64,000 nucleotides of DNA from a virus, in IMG/VR virus record IMGVR_UViG_3300020202_000892, positions 1,667-65,666 of that record. The stretch is one strand, 5' to 3'. The notes beneath the pieces were generated by a model. That model did no database searches and was not told where the DNA came from. It saw only the letters and a program-made list of their open reading frames with translations. Shown here one piece after another: positions 37,656 to 46,227 of this stretch. Every line of letters begins with the position of its first letter. The first letter of the stretch is position 1. A program made the position numbers and the translations under genes.

Positions 37656-37924
37656 GACAACCGACTCATTTCGCTGAGTAACTTGCTGACGGATCCGAAC
37701 AGCTCCTGCAGCGTGGCAAGCACGGCGTCGCGCTCGGCTAGCAGCTTCGCGGCGTCGGCCTCGACGTCGGCCACCAGGGCGCGGAGCTCGCGGATCGTGC
37801 GCTCCTGCGACTCCACCTCGTCGGCGAGCTCGTTGATCCAGTCGGCGGCGATGTGGTCGCCGATCTCGTTAGCCTCGGTCGCCGCCGCATACGCGCGCGC
37901 CTTGACCAGGTCGACGACCGTCAT
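37652..37924 (-). CDS. Coiled-coil hypothetical protein
   Basis: GAGAGGACAC RBS motif. Confidence 0.6.
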   Translation of the reverse strand: MTVVDLVKARAYAAATEANEIGDHIAADWINELADEVESQERTIRELRALVADVEADAAKLLAERDAVLATLQELFGSVSKLLSEMSRLS

Positions 37925-37935
37925 GACGTGTCCTC

Positions 37936-38133
37936 TCAGTGCCACGGGCTGGGGCACGTGCCGTTGCGGACGGTCAGGCCGCAGGTCTTGCCGTTGCCGA
38001 GCACAACCGCGCAATCCCTCGGAGCGGCCTCGGGATTGGCGGCCAGCTCGGCGTTGATCCGCCGCTGGCAGGAGCACTGGCCGCGGTGGCCACAGATGTT
38101 CTTGCCGTTGCGCTTGGGCTGTCGGTAGGCCAT
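37936..38133 (-). CDS. Small Cys/His-rich protein
   Basis: CGHRGQCSC...C...CG...CP..WH; downstream of a consensus promoter. Confidence 0.6.
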   Translation of the reverse strand: MAYRQPKRNGKNICGHRGQCSCQRRINAELAANPEAAPRDCAVVLGNGKTCGLTVRNGTCPSPWH

Positions 38134-38162
38134 CTGGTGTCCTCTCGTCTCGCTGTCAGTGT

Positions 38163-38193
38163 CCAGAGTAATGAACACAGGACACTGCGTCAA
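38163..38193 (-). promoter_or_regulatory. Sigma70/HrdB-type promoter with AGTGTCC-N15-GGACACT inverted repeat
   Basis: Minus strand reads TTGACG-17 nt-TACTCT. Confidence 0.75.
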
Positions 38194-38424
38194 CTGGGCG
38201 GGGGCTTCGGGTTGGTCGGGGGCCGGGTCGTCTTGGCCGGCATCTCCTGCTCGTCGTCGGGCATGGTCACCTCCCCCGGTCCGCCCGCTCGCGCTCCTCG
38301 TCCTCGCTCAGCGCGCCGGAGTCCGGGTCCGTCTCGACCCGTCCGCGCGAGCCCGGGATACGAGCTCGCTCGGCCCGGGTGCGCTCCACTGCGGCGTGCA
38401 CCTTGGCCATCAGCTCCTCGTCGG

Positions 38425-38601
38425 TCACCGGCGCCGCCTCCCCCTCGAGCGCCAGTTCACCGGGCCCGGCAGGTCGACGCTGTGCCGGCGCGTGCGCGGG
38501 TTCCAGGACCAGCGCCCGACCTTCAGGCCCCAGCTCACGCCGTTCTGCGTGGCGGTCACCCGCAGCGGGCCGAGCCGGAGGTTCTTGCGGAAGTGGAACA
38601 T
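38425..38601 (-). CDS. DUF4236-like small basic protein
   Basis: MFHFRKNLRLGPLRVTATQNGVSWGLKVG...VDLPG. Confidence 0.7.
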   Translation of the reverse strand: MFHFRKNLRLGPLRVTATQNGVSWGLKVGRWSWNPRTRRHSVDLPGPVNWRSRGRRRR

Positions 38602-38604
38602 GGC

Positions 38605-38790
38605 TCAGTCCCCCGCCAGGCCTTCGAGGATCTCCTTCGCGCGCGGGTCGGTGCTGTTGAGCAGCTGACCCGACGTCCTCAGGAACAGCTCGTGGTCCTC
38701 GCTCCCCCGGCGCAGCGCCAGCTCGGCCTGCGCGCCGAGGTTGCCCCCGATCTCGCGAGCGGCCTTGTACGCCCTGTCCTTCTTGCTCAT
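38605..38790 (-). CDS. Hypothetical protein
   Basis: GAGGGG RBS. Confidence 0.55.
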   Translation of the reverse strand: MSKKDRAYKAAREIGGNLGAQAELALRRGSEDHELFLRTSGQLLNSTDPRAKEILEGLAGD

Positions 38791-38939
38791 CCCCTCGTCC
38801 TCTCCTTGTCGCGCTCGTTGGCCAGTGCCTCGCAGAAGTCGGCCACCCGGGGCGCCTTGCCCCAGACCCACAGCTGCGTCGGCACGCCGCCCGGGACGTT
38901 GTCCCAGACCCAGGCCACGAGCTTCTCCAGTCGCGTCAT
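38787..38939 (-). CDS. Hypothetical protein
   Basis: GAGAGGG RBS; overlap. Confidence 0.5.
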   Translation of the reverse strand: MTRLEKLVAWVWDNVPGGVPTQLWVWGKAPRVADFCEALANERDKERTRG

Positions 38940-39057
38940 CCCTCTCCGTCCTCTCGATCCGCTTCCTCGACCGCGGTGATCTGCTGGCGCATCCGGACCC
39001 ACTCGATCGGGTCCTCGGCCCGAAGCCGCTCCAGCTCCGCGGCCAGCTCCTGGCGGG

Positions 39058-39279
39058 TCACGTGGTCCCCTCGCGCTCGATCTCCATGCCGACCTCGATG
39101 GCCACCCGCAGCAGCGCCTCCAGCTCCGACGGGGTGACCTTCACCTGCGCGCTCTGCGGAGTGCCGTCGACGTTGACGAACCGGTGCGCTGGCATCCGCT
39201 CGCCGAACGCGTAGGCCAGCTCGCCCGCGGTGTCGGCCACCAGCTCGTTGATCTGCTCCTGCGTCGCGCTCACCGCCAT
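39058..39279 (-). CDS. Hypothetical protein
   Basis: GAGGAGG RBS. Confidence 0.6.
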   Translation of the reverse strand: MAVSATQEQINELVADTAGELAYAFGERMPAHRFVNVDGTPQSAQVKVTPSELEALLRVAIEVGMEIEREGTT

Positions 39280-39641
39280 GCCTCCTCGTCTGCACCGACG
39301 CGCTCGAACACCCGCCGGGCCAGCGCCTGCACATCGATCCCCACCGCGCCGTAATCGGCCAGGTAGGCCAGTAAGGCATGTGAGATCTGGTCGGCCGGTT
39401 CGGTCTCGATCTCGCGGCGCAGCCGGTTGGCCGGAGCCAGCGTGACCTCGCCCCAGCGCGCGGACGCAGCCGTGAAAGCGTCGACCAGGTCCGCGTACGG
39501 GCCGGTCTCGCCGGACTCGTCGCGGACGTACCAGCGGCTGCCCTCCTCGCAGATCACGTGCGTGTTGGCCTCGTTCGTCCAGAGCGCGCCGTAGAAGCCG
39601 GTCGGGTCCTCGGGAGTCTCGATCTTCTGCAGCTCGATCAT
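39270..39641 (-). CDS. Hypothetical protein
   Basis: First gene after the duplicated promoter cassette. Confidence 0.6.
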   Translation of the reverse strand: MIELQKIETPEDPTGFYGALWTNEANTHVICEEGSRWYVRDESGETGPYADLVDAFTAASARWGEVTLAPANRLRREIETEPADQISHALLAYLADYGAVGIDVQALARRVFERVGADEEAWR

Positions 39642-39673
39642 GGCTCGATGTCCTCTCGTCTCGCTGTCAGTGT

Positions 39674-39704
39674 CCAGTGTACTGCAGATAGGACACTAGC
39701 GCAA
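39674..39704 (-). promoter_or_regulatory. Promoter, near-duplicate of the 38163 cassette
   Basis: Minus strand reads TTGCGC-17 nt-TACACT; same AGTGTCC-N15-GGACACT and leader. Confidence 0.75.
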
Positions 39705-39746
39705 GGACGGCGTTCAGCGGCGCGTCGGATTCCAGGAACGGAACGC

Positions 39747-40028
39747 TCACTGGATCTCCACGAAACGGACCTTGCCGAGGTGGATCAGCACACTCGGTGT
39801 GCCGTCCTCGCGGGCGATCGTGAACATCTGGCCCTCCGGCGAGTTCCACGCCTCTCCGATGCCGCGACGAATCTGACCGATCATGGCCTCTGGGAAGGTC
39901 ACGCCGACGTCGCCGCCGCCGTCGAAGTGGAAGACGACGCGGCGCATTCCTGGCTTCGGAGGCTCCTGGATCGGCGCGGGCCCGCGGCGGATGCTCATCG
40001 GGCGGGGGCGCTCGCGGTCGGGGCTCAT
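39747..40028 (-). CDS. Hypothetical protein
   Basis: ORF track; ATGA overlap. Confidence 0.55.
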   Translation of the reverse strand: MSPDRERPRPMSIRRGPAPIQEPPKPGMRRVVFHFDGGGDVGVTFPEAMIGQIRRGIGEAWNSPEGQMFTIAREDGTPSVLIHLGKVRFVEIQ

Positions 40029-40303
40029 GACGCTGCCCTTCGGGTCGGGGTGGTGCCGACGACGGCGGGGAGGACCCCGAGCGCCTTGGCCAACTTCTCG
40101 CGCGTGGCCTTGCTCAGCGGTACGTCCTGGATCATGCCGAGCACGGTCCCGACCGCGTCATCGAGCGAGACCATCGGCTCGATGATGTCGATGTCGCGGA
40201 ACTGCTCGGCGACCGTGCCGTCGGGCTCGACGACGAACACCGGGCCACGGTCGCCGAACTGCGCGTAGAGCTCCACGTCGGTCGCTCGGACCTCCCAGCT
40301 CAT
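40025..40303 (-). CDS. Hypothetical protein
   Basis: GAGGAGAG RBS. Confidence 0.55.
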   Translation of the reverse strand: MSWEVRATDVELYAQFGDRGPVFVVEPDGTVAEQFRDIDIIEPMVSLDDAVGTVLGMIQDVPLSKATREKLAKALGVLPAVVGTTPTRRAAS

Positions 40304-40569
40304 GACCACTTCTCTCCTCGGTCGGACGGGCTCTCGATGGGATCGGGGAAAGGCTGGCGGATGTCGCGACCGGGGAAGCAGGCCTCGCAGAGCTCGAGCC
40401 GGCGCGCATCCCCCGCCTTGCCGAACGTGCTCATGAACCCGGCGAGGTAGCCCTCCGCCCCGCAGGCCGCGGTCCAGTCGGTGAAGGCCACACCGTGCTG
40501 GTTGGCCCACTTCGAGAACGAGGTCACGCGGTGGCAGGGGTAGCCCGCGATCGGGGTCAGGGCGCTCAC
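40300..40569 (-). CDS. Small Cys/His protein
   Basis: CHRV...ACG...CEACFP; GTGA overlap. Confidence 0.55.
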   Translation of the reverse strand: MSALTPIAGYPCHRVTSFSKWANQHGVAFTDWTAACGAEGYLAGFMSTFGKAGDARRLELCEACFPGRDIRQPFPDPIESPSDRGEKWS

Positions 40570-40832
40570 CGGGCACCGGCCTGGCGGCGGAACTGCCGCG
40601 CGCGGTCCATGTCGCGACCGGCGGCCATGTTCGCGGCGTACACGAAGATCTCCGGCACCAGGTCGCCCGCCGACTTCGCGGCATCGGAGAACATCCGGGC
40701 GCGCATCTCGTGCAGGTCGGCGAGCCTGGTGCAGCGCAGCCGCTCGGCCTTCGCCGGGCTCGACGGCATGACGATGGCCTCCGCAATCGCGATCGTCACC
40801 TGGTCCACGGTCTCCAGCTTCGTCGTCTCCAT
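40566..40832 (-). CDS. Hypothetical protein
   Basis: Downstream of a consensus promoter; GGAGGG RBS. Confidence 0.6.
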   Translation of the reverse strand: METTKLETVDQVTIAIAEAIVMPSSPAKAERLRCTRLADLHEMRARMFSDAAKSAGDLVPEIFVYAANMAAGRDMDRARQFRRQAGAR

Positions 40833-40861
40833 CGCCTCGTCCCTCCGTCGCTGTCCTCTGT

Positions 40862-40890
40862 ACAGTACACCCTACAGTGCCGGGTCGCAA
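40862..40890 (-). promoter_or_regulatory. Sigma70-type promoter
   Basis: Minus strand reads TTGCGA-17 nt-TACTGT. Confidence 0.65.
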
Positions 40891-41178
40891 GAGGGGCCGC
40901 ACCCGCTCCCCAGCGGCGCGGCCCCTCGCCGTGGCGGCCTACTTCTTCGGGCCCTGATGCTTCGCGTCGCGCTGACGTCCCGCGTCAGCCCTCGTCGGGA
41001 CCGGTGGGTGCTTGTCCGCCAGCTTCTGGTTGTACGTCCGGGTGTCCTTGGCCATGGTCACCTCCCTCACGTGTCGCATCGATCCATCGCAGCTCGCGGG
41101 CCCAGCCGGTGTCGATCAGGATCTGCTCGGCCTCCCAGTCGAGATCGAGCAGCTCCCACCAACTGGGCCGGCGAGCAT

Positions 41179-41352
41179 TCACCAGGGCACCGCAGAGACC
41201 ATCACGACGGCACCCGCGCCGATGAGCAGGAACTGCAGGCAACCGGCGTGCTCGTTCTCCGACTTGGCCAGCGTGGCCAGCAGCGCGCCGATGATGACCA
41301 TCAGCGCGCCGACGCAGAACGCGACCAGCCGGAAGATGTCGACGGTGATCAT
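41179..41352 (-). CDS. Small two-TM membrane protein
   Basis: MITVDIFRLVAFCVGALMVIIGALLA...; ATGA overlap. Confidence 0.55.
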   Translation of the reverse strand: MITVDIFRLVAFCVGALMVIIGALLATLAKSENEHAGCLQFLLIGAGAVVMVSAVPW

Positions 41353-41477
41353 TCAGCCTCGAGCTCCTTGAGCACAGCCTTCGTGCCGACGTAGTCCTCG
41401 CCGGAGTGGAAGCCGTGCCACACCTTGTCCAGGGGCCAGTCAAAGTCGAGCGGCACCCTCTTGATCTCGCGTCCCAT
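41349..41477 (-). CDS. Small hypothetical protein
   Basis: MGREIKRVPLDFDWPLDKVWHG; CGAGAGGACAC upstream. Confidence 0.55.
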   Translation of the reverse strand: MGREIKRVPLDFDWPLDKVWHGFHSGEDYVGTKAVLKELEAE

Positions 41478-41711
41478 GATCTTGTTCAGTGTCCTCTCGG
41501 GGTGGGGCTCAGCTCTTGCGCTTCAGCTCGCGGTCCTGGTGGCGGGCGGCCATCTTCGCCTCCTCGGCCGCCTTCTTGCGTGCCTCTTCGATCATCTTCT
41601 CGGCCAGCGCGAGCTGCTCGTCGCCGATCTCGTCGTTCGCCACGGTGTCCTTTCGTTGGTGCTCCCGCCGAGCCGCGTGTGGGGAGACAGCGGCCCGGCG
41701 GGAAGCCTGGG

Positions 41712-42077
41712 TCAGACCTGGTCGTGCTCGGTGACCGCGCCGTCGGTGGCGGCCTCGATGACCTCCCACAACTGGGCGGGGGTCATGACGCCGGTCGAGT
41801 AGAAGACCTTCGCGGCCTCGTAGATGTCGAACCCGAGGAGCTCGGCTGCGACCGCGTGGACTTCACGACCGTCGACGAGGTCGGAGGCGTACGCCACCCC
41901 GTCGTACCCGTTGTTCCAGTGCAACTGCAGCCCCTCGTCCACGACGGTGTGGCCGGCGAGGCAGAACGTGGTCCTGCAGCCGGGCAGCTGCTGTGCGTAG
42001 GTGCCCATATAGAGGGTCTCGGGCTCGGCCTCGATCTGCTTCATGACCCGGCGGATCCGGGCGATGTCGTAGGGCAT
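41712..42077 (-). CDS. Hypothetical protein (C.T..CLAGH motif)
   Basis: CGAGAGGACAC leader; first gene after a leftward promoter. Confidence 0.7.
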   Translation of the reverse strand: MPYDIARIRRVMKQIEAEPETLYMGTYAQQLPGCRTTFCLAGHTVVDEGLQLHWNNGYDGVAYASDLVDGREVHAVAAELLGFDIYEAAKVFYSTGVMTPAQLWEVIEAATDGAVTEHDQV

Positions 42078-42114
42078 CTTCGGTGTCCTCTCGTCGGTGC
42101 TCATAACCTCGTTG

Positions 42115-42149
42115 TGGACAAAGGTACCGATTGCGCGTACATTCGTCAA
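42115..42149. promoter_or_regulatory. Overlapping divergent promoters
   Basis: Leftward TTGACG-17-TACCTT (42149-42121); rightward TGGACA-17-TACATT (42115-42143) just before a leaderless GTG. Confidence 0.65.
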
Positions 42150-42151
42150 CT

Positions 42152-42370
42152 GTGAAGGCAAGAGACATCGGAGCGAACATCCGGAGGGAGCTGTTCCGGC
42201 AGGAGCAGACCGCCGTGTGGCTCGCGGAGCGACTGCAGTATCCCGGTGGCGCGCGAGCACTACGACGGCGGCTCCGGGGCGAGGTCGAGTTCACCGGCAC
42301 CGAGCTGGTGGACGTGGCCCGCGTGCTGGGTGTCTCCGTCGACCACCTGACCCGAGAGGACGAGAAGTGA
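42152..42370 (+). CDS. Cro/XRE-family HTH protein
   Basis: IGANIRREL...TAVWLAERL...ALRRRLRGEVEFTGTELVDVARVLGVSV. Confidence 0.8.
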   Translation: MKARDIGANIRRELFRQEQTAVWLAERLQYPGGARALRRRLRGEVEFTGTELVDVARVLGVSVDHLTREDEK

Positions 42371-42669
42371 GCAAGCTCTACCGCAAGAAGCCGGTCGTGA
42401 TCCAGGCCGTGCAGTTCCTGCCGAACGACGAGGTCGCGCTGAACGGGCTGCTGGCCTGGCTGGGCGAGCTGGGCGCGCACTACGCGCTCACCGACCCGAT
42501 GGACACCTGGGAGCTGGAGATCCGCACCCTCGAGGACGGTCACGACGGGCGGGCCAAGCACGTGGCCAGCGCCGGTGACTGGATCATCCGCGGCGTGACC
42601 GGCGAGGTCTACGCCTGCAAGCCGGACATCTTCGAGGCCACGTACGAGAAGGTCGAGGACACGCAGTGA
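42367..42669 (+). CDS. Conserved phage protein (KKPVVIQAVQ...GDWII...CKPDIF family)
   Basis: Family signature recognisable; function unknown. Confidence 0.75.
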   Translation: MSKLYRKKPVVIQAVQFLPNDEVALNGLLAWLGELGAHYALTDPMDTWELEIRTLEDGHDGRAKHVASAGDWIIRGVTGEVYACKPDIFEATYEKVEDTQ

Positions 42670-42935
42670 TCAAGGACAAGACCGTGGCGGAGCCGGAGAC
42701 CTTCGATCTCGTGCTGCCGGATGAGCCACCGGTGGGATCGGTGGTCATCGACCACTACGGCCGCGCGTGGCAGCGGCTGGCCGGGTCGCTCTTCGGCGCG
42801 CACTGGCACGTGACCGGGAAGCTGACCTCGTTCATCCCGGACCTGGCCGACGCGCCGCTGCTGCGCTGGGGCCACCTGCTCCTGCAGCGTGGCCCGGTGA
42901 CGCTGGTCTTCACCCCCGAGAAGGGCGGGGCCTGA
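42666..42935 (+). CDS. Hypothetical protein
   Basis: EPPVGSVVID..GRAWQR motif; overlaps. Confidence 0.6.
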   Translation: MIKDKTVAEPETFDLVLPDEPPVGSVVIDHYGRAWQRLAGSLFGAHWHVTGKLTSFIPDLADAPLLRWGHLLLQRGPVTLVFTPEKGGA

Positions 42936-43201
42936 TGCCGATGTACGAGCACCAGGGCGTGAAGGTGACGCTGGTCGTCGAGGTCGACGGTCACCGGCTC
43001 GCTTTCGAGCAGACCGGCAAGGCCACCGGCGCGCGCTACCACGGCGCCGACCCGCAGCACGGTTACGACGTCACCGACACGCTGGAGTACTGCATCCGGG
43101 ATGCCGTCACCCAGGCTGCTGACCGCGTGGTTGGGCGAGCGCGAACGTTCCTGGCTCGCGCCTACCCGATCTGTACCGACAACCGAGAGGACACGAAGTG
43201 A
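42935..43201 (+). CDS. Hypothetical protein
   Basis: TGATG overlap. Confidence 0.55.
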   Translation: MPMYEHQGVKVTLVVEVDGHRLAFEQTGKATGARYHGADPQHGYDVTDTLEYCIRDAVTQAADRVVGRARTFLARAYPICTDNREDTK

Positions 43202-44058
43202 AGAGGATCGCCGAGTTCTGGGGCGTGGCGCTGGTCGTCGCCCTGATGTTCATCGCCGGCTGCGCGAACATGCAGACCGAGGCCGACGAGCAGGGCCTGC
43301 GCTACAGCGGTGGGTGGCTGTTCGCCGAGGCCCCCGCGTTCATGGAATGCCAGGCCCCGTCACGTCAGAGCTATGGCGCCGACGCGGGCGACAACACCTA
43401 CGTCTACCCGGCCGGCCAGCGCACCCTGAAGTTCTCGGCCGACCCCGGCAGCGACGCCCCTCCGATCACCGTCTCGGCCCCCTCGCCGGGTGGAGGTCAA
43501 CCCATCGTGCTCACCGTGTCCGGGGTTGTGACCTTCACTCCGAACTTCGGCGACTGCGCGACGTTCCAGCAGTTCCACGAGCAGATCGGCCGCAAGTTCA
43601 GCGCGTGGACCCCGGAGGGCTGGACGAACTTGATCAGGACCTACATCAAGGACCCGACCGACCGCGCGGCCGACAACGAGGCGCTGCGGTTCGACTGGGT
43701 GACCCTGGCCAGCAACGCCGACGCGAAGGCCCAGTGGGAGCGCGCGGTGGCCGACACGCTGCCCTCGATGATCCGCCAGCTCGCGGGGGGCGACTACTTC
43801 ATGATCAACGGCGTGCTGCTGCAGCGACCGGAGCTCCCCGCCGACGTCACCGCGGCGATCCAGCGCACCGAGGCCGCGCGCCAGGAGGCCCAGACCGCTG
43901 AGCAGGTGCGTCGGGCTGCCGAGACATTCCCCGGCGGGGTGGCGGCCTACCAGGCGTTCCAGCAGCAGCAGGCGATCAACGACGCGATCCGCAGCGGCAA
44001 TGTCAAGGTGCTCCCCGTCCCGCAGGGCTCGCCGATCATCGTGAACCCGGGGGGCTGA
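43198..44058 (+). CDS. SPFH/band-7 domain membrane (lipo)protein
   Basis: TM with IAGC lipobox-like site; VSGVVTF, LQRPELPADVTAAIQRTEAARQ coiled coil. Confidence 0.72.
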   Translation: MKRIAEFWGVALVVALMFIAGCANMQTEADEQGLRYSGGWLFAEAPAFMECQAPSRQSYGADAGDNTYVYPAGQRTLKFSADPGSDAPPITVSAPSPGGGQPIVLTVSGVVTFTPNFGDCATFQQFHEQIGRKFSAWTPEGWTNLIRTYIKDPTDRAADNEALRFDWVTLASNADAKAQWERAVADTLPSMIRQLAGGDYFMINGVLLQRPELPADVTAAIQRTEAARQEAQTAEQVRRAAETFPGGVAAYQAFQQQQAINDAIRSGNVKVLPVPQGSPIIVNPGG

Positions 44059-44060
44059 TC

Positions 44061-44345
44061 ATGAGCAGCATGACGCTGGTGCTCCTCGCGCTGGCCCTCG
44101 CGATCGGGAGCATGATCATCAACACGGTGCAAGCCTACGTCGAGCGTCGGGCCATGAAGGTGTTCACCGAGGCACTGGAGCTGATGGTCCCGGTGATGGA
44201 GGACGTCCGCCGGATCGAACCTCACCTCGACGAGTCGGTGGAGCTGGCCATGATCCGGACGGCCGAGCTGCTGCCCACCGCGCGCCGGATGGCCAACGGC
44301 TACGTCACGCCGTTCGGCCTCTTCCCGCGCCGAAAGGGGAGCTGA
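44061..44345 (+). CDS. Membrane-anchored hypothetical protein
   Basis: N-terminal TM. Confidence 0.6.
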   Translation: MSSMTLVLLALALAIGSMIINTVQAYVERRAMKVFTEALELMVPVMEDVRRIEPHLDESVELAMIRTAELLPTARRMANGYVTPFGLFPRRKGS

Positions 44346-44346
44346 G

Positions 44347-44646
44347 ATGCACGGAGTCACCCCTGAGCCGCCACCCGGCTCCGAGCACTACCGCGAGGGC
44401 TGGCGAGACGGGTACGAGCAGAAGGGCCTGGACATGGCCGCGCTCGCCGAGGCGATGAACGTCCCGGCGGCGGGCTGGTCGGGCGCCTGGGCCGAGCTGA
44501 CCGGCTACGTGGACGGCGCGCGCCTCGAAGGCGGGACCATCGACCCCGCCGCGCTGGCCGAGTACCTCGTCGAGCTGAAGCGCAAGGCGCTGGCCCCGGT
44601 CCGCGAGTGGATGCAGTCGGTCGTCGACGAGAGGCGGGAGAGCTGA
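44347..44646 (+). CDS. Hypothetical protein
   Basis: YREGWRDGYEQ motif. Confidence 0.6.
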   Translation: MHGVTPEPPPGSEHYREGWRDGYEQKGLDMAALAEAMNVPAAGWSGAWAELTGYVDGARLEGGTIDPAALAEYLVELKRKALAPVREWMQSVVDERRES

Positions 44647-44647
44647 G

Positions 44648-44971
44648 ATGCGCGTACTGGCGATGGTCCTCATCGTGCTCGCGGTCATCGTCGTCCTCGT
44701 CGGTCTCGCCGCCTTGATCTGGGGCGGGCTGCGATCCTGGCGCACCCGGCGAGCACAGCGCACCGACCGAAGGGTGGCTTGGACGCCCTACTGCACGCCA
44801 GTCGGCACCCGCCTGGAGATCGGCGTGGAGCGGCGCACCGAGGACGATCGGGAGCTGGGCAAGGTCCACATGCACACCGTGCCGGCCTGGATCGAGCTGG
44901 AGGTGCTCGTCGCGATGAATGACGCCGAGCAGCGTGCGCGGCAGTACAACGAGGCGAAGGTGGGGATGTGA
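44648..44971 (+). CDS. Membrane-anchored hypothetical protein
   Basis: N-terminal TM. Confidence 0.6.
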   Translation: MRVLAMVLIVLAVIVVLVGLAALIWGGLRSWRTRRAQRTDRRVAWTPYCTPVGTRLEIGVERRTEDDRELGKVHMHTVPAWIELEVLVAMNDAEQRARQYNEAKVGM

Positions 44972-45477
44972 TGGACGCGGACGAGATTTACGCCGAGGAC
45001 GTGAACTGGCGGGCGACCGCAGGGGAGCTGCAGCGCGAGGTGACCCGGCTCGCGAACGAGCTGCGTCTACTGAAGGTGCGGTCGGAGTACACCGAACGGA
45101 ACCACCAGCAGCTGTGCAAGGCGCTGGAGCCGCTGTGCCCGTGCGACTACAACCCGGAGACCACTGACGGGCCGCAGCAGGACTGCCCACTGCACGGTGA
45201 CGGCATCACGTTCGTCGGTCAGCACCGAGCGCTACAGAGCGAGAACATCGAGCTACGTCGTGAGCTCGAAGCGCGTCGGGCCACCGTCACCACCGGCGGG
45301 CCGGGCGTGCCGTTCACCGAGACATGGGAGAACGGCCCGAACTCGCGCCCGCCGACCGCCCCGCCGGAGCCCGTGGTCGTGCAGCTGCCAACCCCCGACA
45401 AGGGGGCGACGAAATGCAACTGCGGCGGGGTCCTGAGCCACGCCGAGAACTGTCCGGAGTGGGTGCTGCCGCACTAG
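44968..45477 (+). CDS. Coiled-coil protein with Cys/His motifs
   Basis: CPC...DCPLHGD and CNCG..HAENC. Confidence 0.6.
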   Translation: MMDADEIYAEDVNWRATAGELQREVTRLANELRLLKVRSEYTERNHQQLCKALEPLCPCDYNPETTDGPQQDCPLHGDGITFVGQHRALQSENIELRRELEARRATVTTGGPGVPFTETWENGPNSRPPTAPPEPVVVQLPTPDKGATKCNCGGVLSHAENCPEWVLPH

Positions 45478-45487
45478 CTCGGCGCGT

Positions 45488-45525
45488 GACGAAGGCCCCG
45501 GGTCGCGAGATCCGGGGCCTTCGTC
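45488..45525. terminator. Bidirectional terminator between convergent operons
   Basis: GACGAAGGCCCCGG / CCGGGGCCTTCGTC. Confidence 0.8.
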
Positions 45526-45562
45526 GTTGGTGCCCTACGGAGGGCTCCTGTCGCCAGCGGGG

Positions 45563-46048
45563 TCAGGCTATCGTCCGCACCCGGATCCGGGCGCCGGGGG
45601 TCTCGTCGAGCTCGGCCTCGCGCTTGCTGCCGACCCATCGCACCACCTGTGCGTCGTCGGCCCACACGATCGTGGTGAGCGAGTCCCACACCGCGCGCTC
45701 GAGCTTGTCCCCGTCGGGCTTGCGGGTGTGCGGGTCGGTGCGGCCCTTGGGCGCGGACTTGCGCCGAGGCATCACGAAGTCGATCTCCACGTGCACGGGC
45801 GCGGTGGTCGGACCCCGGTCCCACACCTGGCCGATCTCGTCCCGCACGTAGGCCTGCCACGCGCGCTGGTTCTTGCTGTTGGTCGGGATCGCCACCGCTC
45901 GGCCGGTCTTGTTGTGTCTGACCGCGATCAGGCTGCCCTTGGTGGTCGGGGTGCCCGGAACGAACACGTCCAGGTCCCAGGCCGGCTGTGTCGGCTCGGC
46001 GGGGGTCCACTCCGTGGGGCCGCACCCCAGATCCAGCGGCGTGGTCAT
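45563..46048 (-). CDS. rusA: RusA-like Holliday junction resolvase
   Basis: VPGTPTTKGS, KPDGDKLERAVWDSL, WADDAQVV. Confidence 0.88.
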   Translation of the reverse strand: MTTPLDLGCGPTEWTPAEPTQPAWDLDVFVPGTPTTKGSLIAVRHNKTGRAVAIPTNSKNQRAWQAYVRDEIGQVWDRGPTTAPVHVEIDFVMPRRKSAPKGRTDPHTRKPDGDKLERAVWDSLTTIVWADDAQVVRWVGSKREAELDETPGARIRVRTIA

Positions 46049-46227
46049 GACGCCTTCCGTTCCGCGCGCTCGGCGCGTAGTCGTTGCCAGTGGTCGGTGA
46101 GCCGGGCTCGTTCGACCGCGTCGCGGTGACGGCGCTGTACCTCGCGCCAGCGCTGGCGGGCCACCACCTGATCAGCCGGGCAGGTGCAGCCGTAGCCGAC
46201 CGGCCAGCTGCAACGCTCGCAGATCAC
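46045..46227 (-). CDS. Small zinc-finger-like protein
   Basis: CERC..PVGYGCTC. Confidence 0.55.
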   Translation of the reverse strand: MICERCSWPVGYGCTCPADQVVARQRWREVQRRHRDAVERARLTDHWQRLRAERAERKAS

